A stretch of 64,000 bases of DNA, taken from Gammaproteobacteria bacterium. Lineage in GTDB: Bacteria > Pseudomonadota > Gammaproteobacteria > Pseudomonadales > Pseudohongiellaceae. The notes beneath the pieces are model-generated. The model was not told the origin of the DNA and did not search any database. It saw nothing but the letters and a program-made list of their open reading frames with translations. Each line of letters begins with the position of its first letter. Positions within the stretch are counted from its first letter, which is position 1. The position numbers were made by a program, and so were the translations under genes. Positions 23,788 to 33,911 of the stretch are shown piece after piece. The stretch spans positions 155,828 to 219,827 of the forward strand of contig JAQWQD010000010.1 of assembly GCA_029244985.1 (NCBI GenBank). The letters are read 5' to 3'.

Positions 23788-23956
23788 TGCTCGCAATCCA
23801 AGCACAATCTATCTCTTGAATCAAAGAAACAATGCCTCTTCAAACAGCTTGGAACTTCTGCTACCCGTTGCTATCTGTTATCGCATAAAATGAGCAGGTG
23901 TTAGCATAGCCCCCTAAAAGGGTAGCTGTAACTTCAGTAGTGGTTAAAAAATATCT

Positions 23957-24949
23957 ATGTTTGGATTCAGCAAAAAAGAAAAAGATGTGAGCAAGGCCGA
24001 AGCGCACCCGATGCCGGAGAAACCCGCTGAGACTGGGCTTTTGGGTCGACTAAAACAGGGCCTTGCAAGAACCAGGGTCAAGTTGGGTAATGGGCTAGGT
24101 ACGTTGGTGCTTGGAGAAAAAGTGATCGATGCCAATCTATTTGATGAAATAGAAACTCAACTTCTATCTGCAGATATTGGTATTGATGCAAGCAATCAAA
24201 TTATTGGCAATCTAAAATTAAAGCTTGCCCGTAAACAACTTGCAGACCCTGCGATATTAATGATTGCACTTCAGGAAGAACTTGCCGCAATATTGAAACC
24301 TTGTTCTTTGCCATTAGAAGTTGATCTCACAACTAAACCCTTTGTGATTCTGACAGTCGGAGTTAACGGCGTCGGAAAAACTACTACCATTGGTAAGCTT
24401 ACAAAAATATTTCAAAGCCAAGGTTTAAATGTGATGTTGGCTGCTGGAGACACTTTTAGGGCTGCAGCGGTGGAACAATTACAAGCATGGGGAGAGCATA
24501 ATAACGTTCCAGTTATCGCTCAGTCCTCTGGAGCTGACAGTGCATCGGTCATATTCGATGCGTTCCAGTCTGCTAAAGCAAGGCAGGTTGATGTGCTAAT
24601 TGCGGATACTGCGGGAAGGCTCCACACAAAAGACAACTTAATGAATGAGCTTGAAAAGATTGTACGTGTTCTGAAAAAACAAGATGAACGATTACCTGAC
24701 GAAATTTTACTTGTATTGGATGCAACGACTGGCCAGAACGCTTTAAGTCAGGCAGAAAGCTTTCACGCTGCGACTAATTTAACTGGCCTAGTTCTTACTA
24801 AACTCGATGGCACCGCAAAGGGTGGAGTTGTGTTTGCCATTGCAAAAAAAATGCAGTTGCCGATTCGATTCATAGGCATCGGTGAGCAGGTAGATGATTT
24901 AAAGCCCTTTGATGCGACACAATTTGTTTCTGCACTTTTTTCTGAATAG
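23957..24949 (+). CDS. ftsY: Signal recognition particle receptor
   Basis: NG-domain motifs VGVNGVGKTTTIGKL, DTFRAAAVEQL, IADTAGRL and LTKLDGTAKGG. Confidence 0.95.
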   Translation: MFGFSKKEKDVSKAEAHPMPEKPAETGLLGRLKQGLARTRVKLGNGLGTLVLGEKVIDANLFDEIETQLLSADIGIDASNQIIGNLKLKLARKQLADPAILMIALQEELAAILKPCSLPLEVDLTTKPFVILTVGVNGVGKTTTIGKLTKIFQSQGLNVMLAAGDTFRAAAVEQLQAWGEHNNVPVIAQSSGADSASVIFDAFQSAKARQVDVLIADTAGRLHTKDNLMNELEKIVRVLKKQDERLPDEILLVLDATTGQNALSQAESFHAATNLTGLVLTKLDGTAKGGVVFAIAKKMQLPIRFIGIGEQVDDLKPFDATQFVSALFSE

Positions 24950-24970
24950 CAATGTGCGCCAAGATCAAAT

Positions 24971-25654
24971 TTGACTGTGATTAGCTTTGATAAAGTCTCT
25001 AAGCAGTATATCTCTGGCCAATACGCTTTGGCGGGCGTATCTTTTGAAATTGCGAAAGGACAAATGGCTTTTGTCACGGGTCACTCTGGTGCAGGCAAAA
25101 GCACCTTGTTAAAGTTGGTCTTGGCAACAGAAAAATGTTCCTCTGGGAATGTGGTTGTGAATGGCACGGACCTAAATCATATTCGTAGACGTGAAATACC
25201 CTCTTTCCGCCGACGTATTGGCATGGTATTTCAGGATCATCAATTACTAAATGATCGCAGTGTCGCAGATAATGTCGCTCTACCCCTAGACATCAGCGGC
25301 TTCAGTAGAAGAGATGCGCTGCGGCGCGTACGTGCTGCTTTGGACAAGGTGGGCTTACTCAGCAAGGAGAAAAAATTCCCAGCTGCACTTTCTGGCGGGG
25401 AACAGCAAAGAGTTGGGATAGCCCGAGCTGTAGTTAACAGACCAAGCATTATCCTGGCGGATGAGCCAACGGGAAATTTAGACCCGGAGCTTTCTATGGA
25501 AACTATGGAGGTTTTCGAGCAATTCAAAAATGTAGGTGTAAGCCTTCTGATTGCCAGCCATGATATCTCTCTAATTAATCGCATGGAGTACAGGACGCTT
25601 ATTCTAAAAGGGGGCGCACTGATAGGCGACACAGGACTTGGAGAACTTTCTTGA
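24971..25654 (+). CDS. ftsE: Cell-division ABC transporter ATP-binding protein
   Basis: Walker A GHSGAGKSTLLK, signature LSGGEQQRVGIARA, Walker B IILADEPTGNLD. Follows ftsY. Non-ATG (TTG/GTG) start. Confidence 0.95.
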   Translation: MTVISFDKVSKQYISGQYALAGVSFEIAKGQMAFVTGHSGAGKSTLLKLVLATEKCSSGNVVVNGTDLNHIRRREIPSFRRRIGMVFQDHQLLNDRSVADNVALPLDISGFSRRDALRRVRAALDKVGLLSKEKKFPAALSGGEQQRVGIARAVVNRPSIILADEPTGNLDPELSMETMEVFEQFKNVGVSLLIASHDISLINRMEYRTLILKGGALIGDTGLGELS

Positions 25655-26604
25655 GCGACAAGGCTTCGAGTAAAAGACGTCACGAAAATCCATCAAACTT
25701 GATAAAGCTGCTGCGAAATCATCGGAAAGATGCCCTAAAAAGCTTAGCTCGCATGCTTTTCTCACCCCTTTCAAGTAGCATGACCGTAATTGTAATCGCA
25801 GCCGCATTGCTTCTGCCTTCTCTGCTTTTTGCCTTCAACACTAACATCGCAGCACTACTAGGTGAGTTTCAAAATAATGCGCGCATCGTTTTGTACCTTA
25901 CTAGAGGCACAAGTGACACCCAAGCATTAGAAGTTAGTAATAGCTTACTAACTTCTAATGCCATAGATAGCGTGGATTTCATATCAAATGAAGAGGCTTT
26001 ACTAAGCTTCAGCGATGCCGCTGGATTTTCTCAAATTGTGGCAGACTTCGAGGCTAATCCATTGCCAGCGAGTATTGTAATTACCCCTAATCTTGCTGGG
26101 CTAGCGGAACTAGACCAGCTAGCGGCGAGTCTAGACCAAATACCAGAAGTTGAACTGGTTCAAGTTGACAGTTTGTGGTTAAGAAGGCTCGCAGCAATTT
26201 CCGAACTACTCGTACTTGCGGCCCGGGTTTTAGGGCTTATAGTCCTACTGAGCCTTTGTTTTATCATTGGAAATACAGTGCGCTCGCATATTGAAAACCG
26301 CAGAGACGAAATTAAGATCATTAAACTGGTCGGTGGTACCCACAGCTATATAGCCAGGCCTTTTCTCTACATAGGGTTATTCTATGGTTTGCTGGGCGGA
26401 CTTCTTGCCAGCCTGCTGCAGGCACTGATATTCCTGAGCTTCCGTAATCCCTTGAATGAAATCTTCAGTCTTTACGACAGTAGTTTTACCTTGCCGTTGC
26501 TCGCCCCTGCCATGCTAATTACGCTAGCTTTCAGCGGTGCAACAATTGGCTGGCTCGCGGCTATCATCTCTGCATATCGATATGTTAACGCGATAAGTAC
26601 GTAA
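25651..26604 (+). CDS. ftsX: Cell-division ABC transporter permease
   Basis: 4-nt overlap with ftsE. It has one N-terminal TM helix, a periplasmic domain and three C-terminal TM helices, which is the FtsX-like permease architecture. Confidence 0.9.
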   Translation: MSDKASSKRRHENPSNLIKLLRNHRKDALKSLARMLFSPLSSSMTVIVIAAALLLPSLLFAFNTNIAALLGEFQNNARIVLYLTRGTSDTQALEVSNSLLTSNAIDSVDFISNEEALLSFSDAAGFSQIVADFEANPLPASIVITPNLAGLAELDQLAASLDQIPEVELVQVDSLWLRRLAAISELLVLAARVLGLIVLLSLCFIIGNTVRSHIENRRDEIKIIKLVGGTHSYIARPFLYIGLFYGLLGGLLASLLQALIFLSFRNPLNEIFSLYDSSFTLPLLAPAMLITLAFSGATIGWLAAIISAYRYVNAIST

Positions 26605-26907
26605 TCTGGGGCTTTACAATCGTTCTCAATACTGGAAAATGCGCTTCCCACGTTAATATTTCGACTTGAAAAGCGAATTTGGTGCCCCAACCTATGGGGT
26701 AGTGGGTAGAAAGGATTTCTGCAGGCAGTCGAGCCATACTAAGAGCTCAGGGAAAGATTCCCATAGCCCACTAAATCCGGGCTTAAGCATTGACTGATAA
26801 ATGGCGAAATGAGCAACAAAGTGCTAGAATGCAGCCTTATAAAATGCATCAAACTGGTAAAGCGTTAAACAAATCGAGGTTTAGCTAAAGTAGCTATAGA
26901 CAAAGAT

Positions 26908-27768
26908 ATGAGCACTGGAAAGAACTTACAATCTATTGGTCCAACCACTCCGGGTCGCGATTTAACAGCGTACATTTCGTCTGTTAACAGCATTGCCATG
27001 CTGACTCCTGAGCTGGAAAGAGAGCTTGCTAAACAATACTACTACGATGACGATGTCGATGCCGCTCGCCAATTAGTAATGGCTCACTTGCGCTTTGTTG
27101 TGCACATGGCCAAAACTTACTCCGGCTATGGACTCTCTCAAGCTGACCTGATTCAGGAAGGTAATGTTGGATTGATGAAGGCTGTTAAGCGCTTCAATCC
27201 AGAAGTCGGTGTGCGTCTTGTATCTTTTGCAGTCCACTGGATTAAAGCAGAGATGCACGAGTATATTTTACGCAACTGGCGCATAGTAAAAATTGCAACT
27301 ACCAAAGCTCAAAGAAAACTTTTCTTTAATTTACGTAGCTCTAAGAAGCGCCTTGGTTGGTTAAACAATGCTGAAGCAGAAGCGGTTGCCGAAGATCTAG
27401 GTGTAGATGCCAAAGTCGTTCGGCAGATGGAGGGACGTATGAGTTCTTACGACACTTCTTTCGATGCCGAACCAGACAGTGATGATGAAGCAGTTTATCG
27501 CGCTCCAGCTTACTACCTGGAAGACCAAGGTTCTGATATATCAGCTAATATAGAAGATGCTCAGTTGGAGAAAGTTACTAATCACAGCTTAAGTTTAGCA
27601 ATGAATAAGCTTGATGAGCGTAGCCAAGACATTCTTAAAAGCCGATGGTTAGGGGATGAAAAATCAACTCTGCATGATCTGGCTGGAAAGTACGGAGTGT
27701 CGGCTGAACGCATTCGTCAATTAGAAAAGAATGCAATGAACAAGATCAAGGCTCACATGGCAGCATGA
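26908..27768 (+). CDS. rpoH: RNA polymerase sigma-32 (heat shock) factor
   Basis: RpoH box [10 protein letters not shown]. Region 2 [20 protein letters not shown]. Region 4 [16 protein letters not shown]. Conserved ftsYEX-rpoH synteny. Confidence 0.95.
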   Translation: MSTGKNLQSIGPTTPGRDLTAYISSVNSIAMLTPELERELAKQYYYDDDVDAARQLVMAHLRFVVHMAKTYSGYGLSQADLIQEGNVGLMKAVKRFNPEVGVRLVSFAVHWIKAEMHEYILRNWRIVKIATTKAQRKLFFNLRSSKKRLGWLNNAEAEAVAEDLGVDAKVVRQMEGRMSSYDTSFDAEPDSDDEAVYRAPAYYLEDQGSDISANIEDAQLEKVTNHSLSLAMNKLDERSQDILKSRWLGDEKSTLHDLAGKYGVSAERIRQLEKNAMNKIKAHMAA

Positions 27769-27787
27769 GAATGAATTAAGAACACAG

Positions 27788-27817
27788 AAGCCGCGCAAAG
27801 GTCGCGGCTTTTTTTTG
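27788..27817 (+). terminator. Rho-independent terminator downstream of rpoH
   Basis: GCCGCG (27790-27795) pairs with CGCGGC (27803-27808) across a 7-nt loop and is followed by a 9-T run. Confidence 0.8.
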
Positions 27818-27844
27818 TCAATGAATTACCTACAATGCCTAGTT

Positions 27845-28228
27845 ATGCCAAAACTCTTACTAATACTTGCCGCCGCAAACGGATTTATCGCTGTCAGTCT
27901 CGGCGCTTTTGGTGCCCATAGTCTGGAACCAATGTTAACTGAAGACTTACTGGATACATTTCAAACTGGAGTTGAATATCATATGTATCACTCACTCGCG
28001 CTATTCGGAACAGCAGCGCTGGCAATTCAATTCCCCAAAGAAAAATTACTCAGACTAAGCGGGTTTCTTTTTTTGCTAGGTATACTCTTCTTCTCCGGGA
28101 GCCTATATACACTTGTGCTATCTGAGTTTCGTTGGTTGGGGGCTATAACGCCAGTAGGTGGAGTATTCTTTCTCGCTGCTTGGGCAGGCTTGTTACGCTG
28201 CGCCTTTAAGCTAAAAATTAGCCTTTAA
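27845..28228 (+). CDS. DUF423-family inner-membrane protein (YgdD-like)
   Basis: GFIAVSLGAFGAH...YHMYHSLAL...GSLY are typical DUF423 motifs, with 4 TM helices. The ATG at 27845 is preferred because the ORF-track TTG start lies inside the rpoH terminator T-run. Confidence 0.8.
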   Translation: MPKLLLILAAANGFIAVSLGAFGAHSLEPMLTEDLLDTFQTGVEYHMYHSLALFGTAALAIQFPKEKLLRLSGFLFLLGILFFSGSLYTLVLSEFRWLGAITPVGGVFFLAAWAGLLRCAFKLKISL

Positions 28229-28318
28229 GGTCTTTCCCATGGCTGTCATCAGTAAAGATAATCTGCAAGTGATGAAGCAGTTTTCCAGAATAGTTAAAAA
28301 ACTCGAAAAATATCTACG

Positions 28319-29029
28319 GTGAGCCTTTTGGCTTCGAATTCTTCCGACAACAAATATCGCCGCCCCGTTCGTAGCTACGTTATTCGCTCTGGGCGGCTGA
28401 CAGAGTCTCAGCGCAAAGCTATTGCATCCTATTGGGGTGACTATGTTGTTGAATTTTTACCTCAGCCCTTAGATCTTAATTCTCTGTTTCCACAGATTGC
28501 CCCCGTAACCTTGGAAATTGGCTTTGGAATGGGGTCTTCTTTGTTAACTATGGCGCAGCAAGCGCCCGAAAAAAACTTTCTCGGCATAGAAGTTCACAGA
28601 GCTGGCATCGGCAAAGTACTTCATGAAATAGAAAGCCTGGGGATAAAAAATTTGAAATTGATCTGCCAAGACGCGAAAGAGGTAATCGACGAAAACATAC
28701 TTGATAGCGCCATCGAACGTATTCTTATGCTTTTCCCAGACCCCTGGCCTAAGAAACGTCACAATAAACGGCGCTTGGTCCAACCTGAGTTTATTGAGAA
28801 GCTGTCTACCAAATTGCAACCTGAAGGGCTTCTTCATTTGGCGACTGACTGGCAGCCCTATGCGGAGCATATGATGGAAGTCCTTGAAGCTAACGCTAGC
28901 TTGCAAAACCAAAATGGAGCGGGAAATTATTCGCAAAGCCCTGAAAGACCGCGGACAAAGTTTGAAGCGCGAGGCGAACGCCTCGGGCATGGGGTATGGG
29001 ATCTTTTATATCGTAAATCTGTCGCTTAG
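28319..29029 (+). CDS. trmB: tRNA (guanine46-N7)-methyltransferase
   Basis: LEIGFGMG, FLGIEVH and LFPDPWPKKRHNKRR are TrmB signatures. GTG start. Confidence 0.9.
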   Translation: MSLLASNSSDNKYRRPVRSYVIRSGRLTESQRKAIASYWGDYVVEFLPQPLDLNSLFPQIAPVTLEIGFGMGSSLLTMAQQAPEKNFLGIEVHRAGIGKVLHEIESLGIKNLKLICQDAKEVIDENILDSAIERILMLFPDPWPKKRHNKRRLVQPEFIEKLSTKLQPEGLLHLATDWQPYAEHMMEVLEANASLQNQNGAGNYSQSPERPRTKFEARGERLGHGVWDLLYRKSVA

Positions 29030-29032
29030 TGC

Positions 29033-29767
29033 TTAATCAAACCAGAATCGATGCTCGTGGTCTTTTAACCACTGGATGTAGTCCTCATAATTTGGACAAA
29101 TAGATTCAACTAAGTTCCAGAATCGTCGTGAGTGATCCATGTGAATCAAATGACAGACTTCATGGGTGATCATGTAGTCGATGATGCTATAAGGGGCTAG
29201 CATAATTAACCAGTTGTACTGAATAATTCCTTGAGAGGTGCAGTGGCCCCACTTTGATTTCGTTTTTCTTAGTTTTATTTCAGTGATTTTCTGGTCAACT
29301 CCGATAACTTGGGCCAAGCCTCTGGCTCGAGGCAAAATGTACTCACTGGCTTTGTCAATTAGATATTCTTCTACTTGAATTCTTGCCTTAGCGGCGTTGA
29401 GTTTATGCCCTTGAATAATGAACTTGTCACCATTAACCAGTATTCGCTTTTTACGTCCTTCTCTAAATACAATTGTAAGTTCCCGAGCGCGATAGAAGAT
29501 TGTGGCGCCTTTCTCAATTCTGAGAATTTCCTGTTCCAAGAGTCTTTCTTCGTGCAAGCGTTCCTGAATCCAATCATGATTATTTCCAATGAATTCGTTA
29601 ACTTCAGCTATAGAGGCTCGATTTGGGCAACGTACCACTAATTTTTGCTTTTTGATGTAGAGAGCCATGGTTTTGCGCTTGCTCCGCAACACTTCGCATT
29701 GAAGCGGCTCGCTAATTTTCGTCGTTCCAACGCCAATATTTAAAGGGACAACTTTTGATCTTGCCAT
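29033..29767 (-). CDS. YgjP-like (DUF45/WLM-type) zinc metallohydrolase
   Basis: SKWGHC......YNW.L......IDYMITHEVCHLIHMDHSRRFW is the DUF45 signature. Confidence 0.85.
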   Translation of the reverse strand: MARSKVVPLNIGVGTTKISEPLQCEVLRSKRKTMALYIKKQKLVVRCPNRASIAEVNEFIGNNHDWIQERLHEERLLEQEILRIEKGATIFYRARELTIVFREGRKKRILVNGDKFIIQGHKLNAAKARIQVEEYLIDKASEYILPRARGLAQVIGVDQKITEIKLRKTKSKWGHCTSQGIIQYNWLIMLAPYSIIDYMITHEVCHLIHMDHSRRFWNLVESICPNYEDYIQWLKDHEHRFWFD

Positions 29768-29773
29768 TTTAGC

Positions 29774-30343
29774 TTAATTTTTCCTTGCGATGAGGCTCGC
29801 AATCGCTCTATCAGGAGAGCTTTTTAAGCCTTCAAAATAATTAATTACTTCCCAATCATTAAATACTTCCAGAAGTTCGTTCTTCCTAAGAAGGTAATCT
29901 GGATTGGTTGGTCTCCCGTATTTCGGCTGTTGCACTGTGAATGTCTCGTAAAAGATAAGCCCCGCTTTAGCAATTATTTGTTTTATTTCGGGCATTAATG
30001 GACGATGTAAGTAATTGAATACGAGCACTATATCAAAGCACTGTCCCCGTAACGGGCTTGCATCGACCTGCTCTAAGTCCAATTTCCAACATTTCGCACC
30101 TGCCATGGAATTTTTATTATTTAAATTCTCTTGTTTTAAGCATTTAATAGACTGGACAACGCTTTCTATTGCTACTTCATCCTTGTCTACAAACATCACT
30201 GGGATGCTATTTTGAAGTAAATATAGACCGTTTCTACCTTTGCCGCAGGCTAAATCAAGTACACCATTGCCTCTCATCGAGTTTTTAATCAGAGGCAAAT
30301 TTTTAACCAATAGCTCTGAAGCGCTGGCAATTGAATGTGGCAT
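29774..30343 (-). CDS. Class I SAM-dependent methyltransferase
   Basis: Motif I VLDLACGKGRNGLYL and post-I acidic residue MFVDKD. No further specificity is discernible. Confidence 0.75.
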   Translation of the reverse strand: MPHSIASASELLVKNLPLIKNSMRGNGVLDLACGKGRNGLYLLQNSIPVMFVDKDEVAIESVVQSIKCLKQENLNNKNSMAGAKCWKLDLEQVDASPLRGQCFDIVLVFNYLHRPLMPEIKQIIAKAGLIFYETFTVQQPKYGRPTNPDYLLRKNELLEVFNDWEVINYFEGLKSSPDRAIASLIARKN

Positions 30344-30506
30344 AGATTACCGGATAATAAGCAAAAAGACTGCAGCTAAAGCAATGCGTAAAATAAGTGA
30401 ATCTTTTTCAGTGCACAATATCTTTAGGAGAAATATTTGTCAGTTACTGCACATAAAGCAACATTTATATAAACACCATGATTAATTTCTTAAATTTTTG
30501 CTCTAC

Positions 30507-31247
30507 ATGACAAAGAAACCCCAAGCTAAAGACCACATCTTTGCGGAAAACATGCTGCCGGGAGATTTCATTTTTGATGAAAAAGTTGCTGGCGTCTTCG
30601 AAGATATGATTAACAGATCAGTGCCTGGCTATAACACCATCATCGCCATGATCGGAGTATTAGCAGAGCGTTACTATCAGAAGGATTCAATCATTTACGA
30701 TCTTGGTTGCAGCTTGGGAGGAGTAACCTTCTCAGTATTTGAGCGATTGAAAGATCAAGGGTGTTCAATAGTCGCTATTGATAACTCTATTGCCATGCTA
30801 GAAAGATTGGTTACTAAGCAACAGAAATTCAAAGGAGCACATTACTGCATTGAAAGTCGCTGCGAAAACATTCAGGTAGCACAAATAGAAAATGCCTCTG
30901 TGGTAATTCTAAACTTTACACTGCAGTTCGTCCCACTTGCAGATAGAACGGCACTAATCGAGAGAATTTTCAAGGGCATGAATAGCGGGGGGCTGCTTAT
31001 CATATCAGAAAAAATTATTTCGCCAGATAATCATCTCAACGAGCTGATTATAGAGCTATATCATCAATTCAAAGAGAATATGGGTTACAGCAAGTTAGAA
31101 ATTAGCCAAAAAAGATCCGCTTTAGAAAATGTCCTCATTCCTGAAACTCTAGACTCGCATAGAGCGCGAATTTTACAAACAGGTTTTAGCTCGTTTGAAG
31201 TTTGGTTTCAAAGTTTAAATTTCGCCTCAATGGTCGCAATAAAGTAA
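30507..31247 (+). CDS. cmoA: Carboxy-S-adenosyl-L-methionine synthase
   Basis: FDEKVAGVFEDMINRSVPGYNTIIAMIGVLAERY and YDLGCSLG match CmoA. The ATG at 30507 is preferred over the TTG at 30498. Followed by cmoB. Confidence 0.9.
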   Translation: MTKKPQAKDHIFAENMLPGDFIFDEKVAGVFEDMINRSVPGYNTIIAMIGVLAERYYQKDSIIYDLGCSLGGVTFSVFERLKDQGCSIVAIDNSIAMLERLVTKQQKFKGAHYCIESRCENIQVAQIENASVVILNFTLQFVPLADRTALIERIFKGMNSGGLLIISEKIISPDNHLNELIIELYHQFKENMGYSKLEISQKRSALENVLIPETLDSHRARILQTGFSSFEVWFQSLNFASMVAIK

Positions 31248-31256
31248 TCACTATTT

Positions 31257-32219
31257 ATGGACTACAGCGCCCTCAAAGACCTAATAACCGAAACCAAATT
31301 AGAGCCGCTAACAAGCTTCACTGAGACGGATTATCTCAATCAACTAAAATACGGGGATTTTCCAAGGTGGCGAGAACTATTAGGAAAATTTCCAGCGGTA
31401 AATATTATTTCTGCTCAGCTTGGCGATATCGTCAAGTTTGGGGCCAATAACGATTTAGACCCCGAAAAACTTGCTGTGCTTAAATCTTTGCTGCAAGAAA
31501 TGATTCCATGGCGCAAAGGTCCTTTCAATGTGTGCGGAATCCCTATTGATTCAGAATGGCTTTCCAACCTGAAATGGGCGCGGCTGGCAAAAGAGCTGCC
31601 TTCCTTGGAAGGTAAAAAAATTCTGGATATAGGCTGCGGAAATGCTTACTACGGGTTTCGCATGTTGGATCAAAAACCTGAATTCGTGATCGGAATAGAC
31701 CCTCACCTAGCCTATGTTGCTCAGTTCTGGGCTTTAAAGCATTTCGCACCCCATTTACCGATTTATGTACTGCCCTGCGGATTAGAGCAATTTCCTCGGT
31801 CTCTGCATGGGTTCGATGTTGTTTTTTCGATGGGCGTCATATATCACCGTCGCTCGCCTATTGATCACCTGCAACAGTGCAAGCAATGCCTGACACCTGG
31901 TGGCGAGCTGGTGCTTGAAACTCTTTATGTTGACGGTCCTGCCGGTTATTCACTTACTCCCCAGAAAAAATATGCTCGCATGTCAAATATATGGTTTGTT
32001 CCCAGCATTGGTACATTAGAAACTTGGTTGACTCGATGTGGCTTTAAAAATGTGAGAATAATTAACAAATCAATTACAACAACCAAGGAGCAACGTAAAA
32101 CTGAATGGATGCCATTTGAGTCACTTAAAGACGCTATTGATATAGACGATACTTCAAAAACAATCGAGGGATTGCCAGCACCAAAGAGAATTGTGATTAT
32201 TGCAAATTCGCCCTCATAA
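31257..32219 (+). CDS. cmoB: tRNA U34 carboxymethyltransferase
   Basis: WRKGPF...IDSEW.S..KW.RL and ILDIGCGNAYY match CmoB. cmoAB operon arrangement. Confidence 0.9.
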   Translation: MDYSALKDLITETKLEPLTSFTETDYLNQLKYGDFPRWRELLGKFPAVNIISAQLGDIVKFGANNDLDPEKLAVLKSLLQEMIPWRKGPFNVCGIPIDSEWLSNLKWARLAKELPSLEGKKILDIGCGNAYYGFRMLDQKPEFVIGIDPHLAYVAQFWALKHFAPHLPIYVLPCGLEQFPRSLHGFDVVFSMGVIYHRRSPIDHLQQCKQCLTPGGELVLETLYVDGPAGYSLTPQKKYARMSNIWFVPSIGTLETWLTRCGFKNVRIINKSITTTKEQRKTEWMPFESLKDAIDIDDTSKTIEGLPAPKRIVIIANSPS

Positions 32220-32452
32220 TATTTATTAAAAGGGGTCAAACGTCCTTTAATTAGTCACCAAATAACTATTAGAACTAATTGCAATCGCAGTGACACAATT
32301 TTTTGAATTCACTCTATAGTTTTCGGTTTAAAACAATTTAAAAACCATCAACCTTAATTGAGTTGACGTGCCCCCCTAATTGCGTTAGTTATACTTATAT
32401 AGTTATAGTGTCAGCTATAATTCTATACACTAAAAAATAGCAGAGAAAAAAG

Positions 32453-33421
32453 ATGGCCAGACCTCTTCGAATTGAATTCCCAGACGCCGTTTATCACGTT
32501 TCTAATTACAGCTTGGATAATAAGCGTGTATTTCCTTCGGCTAAATATTACGATGCCTTTCTTGAAGGCTTAGGTGAAACTTGCTCTCGACTAAACGTTG
32601 AAGTTCATGCGTTCTGTTTGCTGCGAGATCAGTATCACTTGGTAGTTAAAACTCCTGAAGCAAACTTATCACGCTTCATGCGCCAGATTGATGGTTTGTA
32701 TACTCAGCAATACCAGCGAATGAAGCGGAGTGAAGGCTCATTGTTTAGGGGTAGGTACAAGGCAGTTTTAGTCCAGCCTGAAAAGTATTTGTTGCCACTT
32801 TCTCGTTACATTCATTCGAAAGTTAAATCCTCAGATTTGAATCACTATCCTTATAGTAGCTATACACACTTTACTCGGAAAGCGCAGCCCGCAAGCTGGT
32901 TTAACCGTAACGACACACTTAAGCAACTTAGGGTTGCTCATGCTAAGCGGGGCGCGACGTACAAAAAATATGTCGCGGCTGGGGTTGATGATGAATTAGC
33001 GCATTTTTATGGAAAGAAAAATCTTTCCTCGGTCATGGGCGATACCAAATTCAAGAAAAGCGCGCAACGCAAAAAATCTTCGACTGCAGTACGAGGGGTA
33101 TCTCGTGGTGCGAATGCTAAATGGAGACCATCATGCAAACAAATTATTTCAGCTGTAGCGAAGCAGTTTAAAGTTTCCGAAGCTAGTATTTACAAAGCTG
33201 CCCGTGGCCCGGGCTCTAAGAATGTCCCTCGCTGGGTCGCGATGTATCTTTGTCAGGAATTGTCGGCGGTTACTCTGCAGTCGATTGCAAAACTGTTTAA
33301 GTTAAAACGTTATGGAACAGTTTCTACTACGGTAGGAAAACTTAAAAATGAGTTTGAGGAGGATCCAGAAATATTAGCCATTGCTGAAAAGCTCACTAGG
33401 CGCTTGAGCAAAGGCAAATAA
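32453..33421 (+). CDS. Y1 (IS200/REP-associated)-transposase-like domain fused to a DnaA-C-type HTH domain; probably an inactive or domesticated derivative
   Basis: The N-terminus MARPLRIEFPDAVYHVSNYS...CLLRDQYHLVVKTPEANLSRFMRQIDGLYTQ...LFRGRYKAVLV...YLLPLSRYIHS follows the Y1 transposase family pattern. The C-terminus VPRWVAMYLCQELSAVTLQSIAKLFKLKRYGTVSTTVGKL resembles DnaA domain IV. Confidence 0.75.
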   Translation: MARPLRIEFPDAVYHVSNYSLDNKRVFPSAKYYDAFLEGLGETCSRLNVEVHAFCLLRDQYHLVVKTPEANLSRFMRQIDGLYTQQYQRMKRSEGSLFRGRYKAVLVQPEKYLLPLSRYIHSKVKSSDLNHYPYSSYTHFTRKAQPASWFNRNDTLKQLRVAHAKRGATYKKYVAAGVDDELAHFYGKKNLSSVMGDTKFKKSAQRKKSSTAVRGVSRGANAKWRPSCKQIISAVAKQFKVSEASIYKAARGPGSKNVPRWVAMYLCQELSAVTLQSIAKLFKLKRYGTVSTTVGKLKNEFEEDPEILAIAEKLTRRLSKGK

Positions 33422-33448
33422 ATAGTCCCTCTAAAAACACTACACAAT

Positions 33449-33486
33449 AAAAAAGCCGGCATCTCAAAAATACCGGCTTTTTTTTG
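33449..33486. terminator. Bidirectional rho-independent terminator between the convergent 32453-33421 gene and rpmG
   Basis: AGCCGG (33454-33459) pairs with CCGGCT (33473-33478). An A-run lies on the left and a 9-T run on the right, so it is usable on both strands. The 13-nt loop is somewhat large. Confidence 0.65.
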
Positions 33487-33498
33487 AATTAGTTCAAA

Positions 33499-33654
33499 CT
33501 ATTTAATCTTGGATTCTTTGTAGACAACATGCTTACGAACTACTGGGTCGTATTTCTTAATTTCCATTTTGTCTGGCGTGGTGCGCTTATTTTTGTCTGT
33601 GGTGTAGTAATGGCCTGTGCCAGCACTCGATACCAATTTAATTTTATCTCTCAT
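33499..33654 (-). CDS. rpmG: 50S ribosomal protein L33
   Basis: Hand translation gives [51 protein letters not shown] (51 aa). It is immediately downstream of rpmB. It is below the ORF-track cutoff. Confidence 0.95.
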   Translation of the reverse strand: MRDKIKLVSSAGTGHYYTTDKNKRTTPDKMEIKKYDPVVRKHVVYKESKIK

Positions 33655-33674
33655 TGCTTGCTACCTGCCGTCTC

Positions 33675-33911
33675 TTAGACTTGAGCGCCTTTAGCCCGGA
33701 TATCTGCTAGCACAGCGTCAATACCTAATTTGTCGATGATACGCATCCCCTTTGTGGATAGGCGCAATTTTACAAAGCGTTTCTCCGATTCCACCCAAAA
33801 ACGATGAGAATGAATATTTGGCGAAAATCTACGACGCGTCCTATTGTTCGCGTGTGAAACATTATTTCCTGTAACAGGCTTCTTGCCGGTTACCATACAA
33901 ACCCTAGACAT
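33675..33911 (-). CDS. rpmB: 50S ribosomal protein L28
   Basis: [31 protein letters not shown].....[23 protein letters not shown] is canonical L28. Confidence 0.95.
   Translation of the reverse strand: MSRVCMVTGKKPVTGNNVSHANNRTRRRFSPNIHSHRFWVESEKRFVKLRLSTKGMRIIDKLGIDAVLADIRAKGAQV

Noticed and set aside
26790-26830. A possible rpoH promoter: TTGACT at 26790-26795 and an extended -10-like TGcTAGAAT at 26822-26830
   Set aside because: The two hexamers are 29 nt apart, so they cannot form one sigma-70 promoter. The extended -10 alone is plausible but unsupported without TSS data, so it is not listed as a feature.
32453-33421. Calling the Y1-transposase-like gene an active IS200/IS605 or REP-mobilising element
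   Set aside because: I see no flanking sub-terminal hairpins or REP arrays, no tnpB and no second copy in the window. The HUH motif appears degenerate (QYH).
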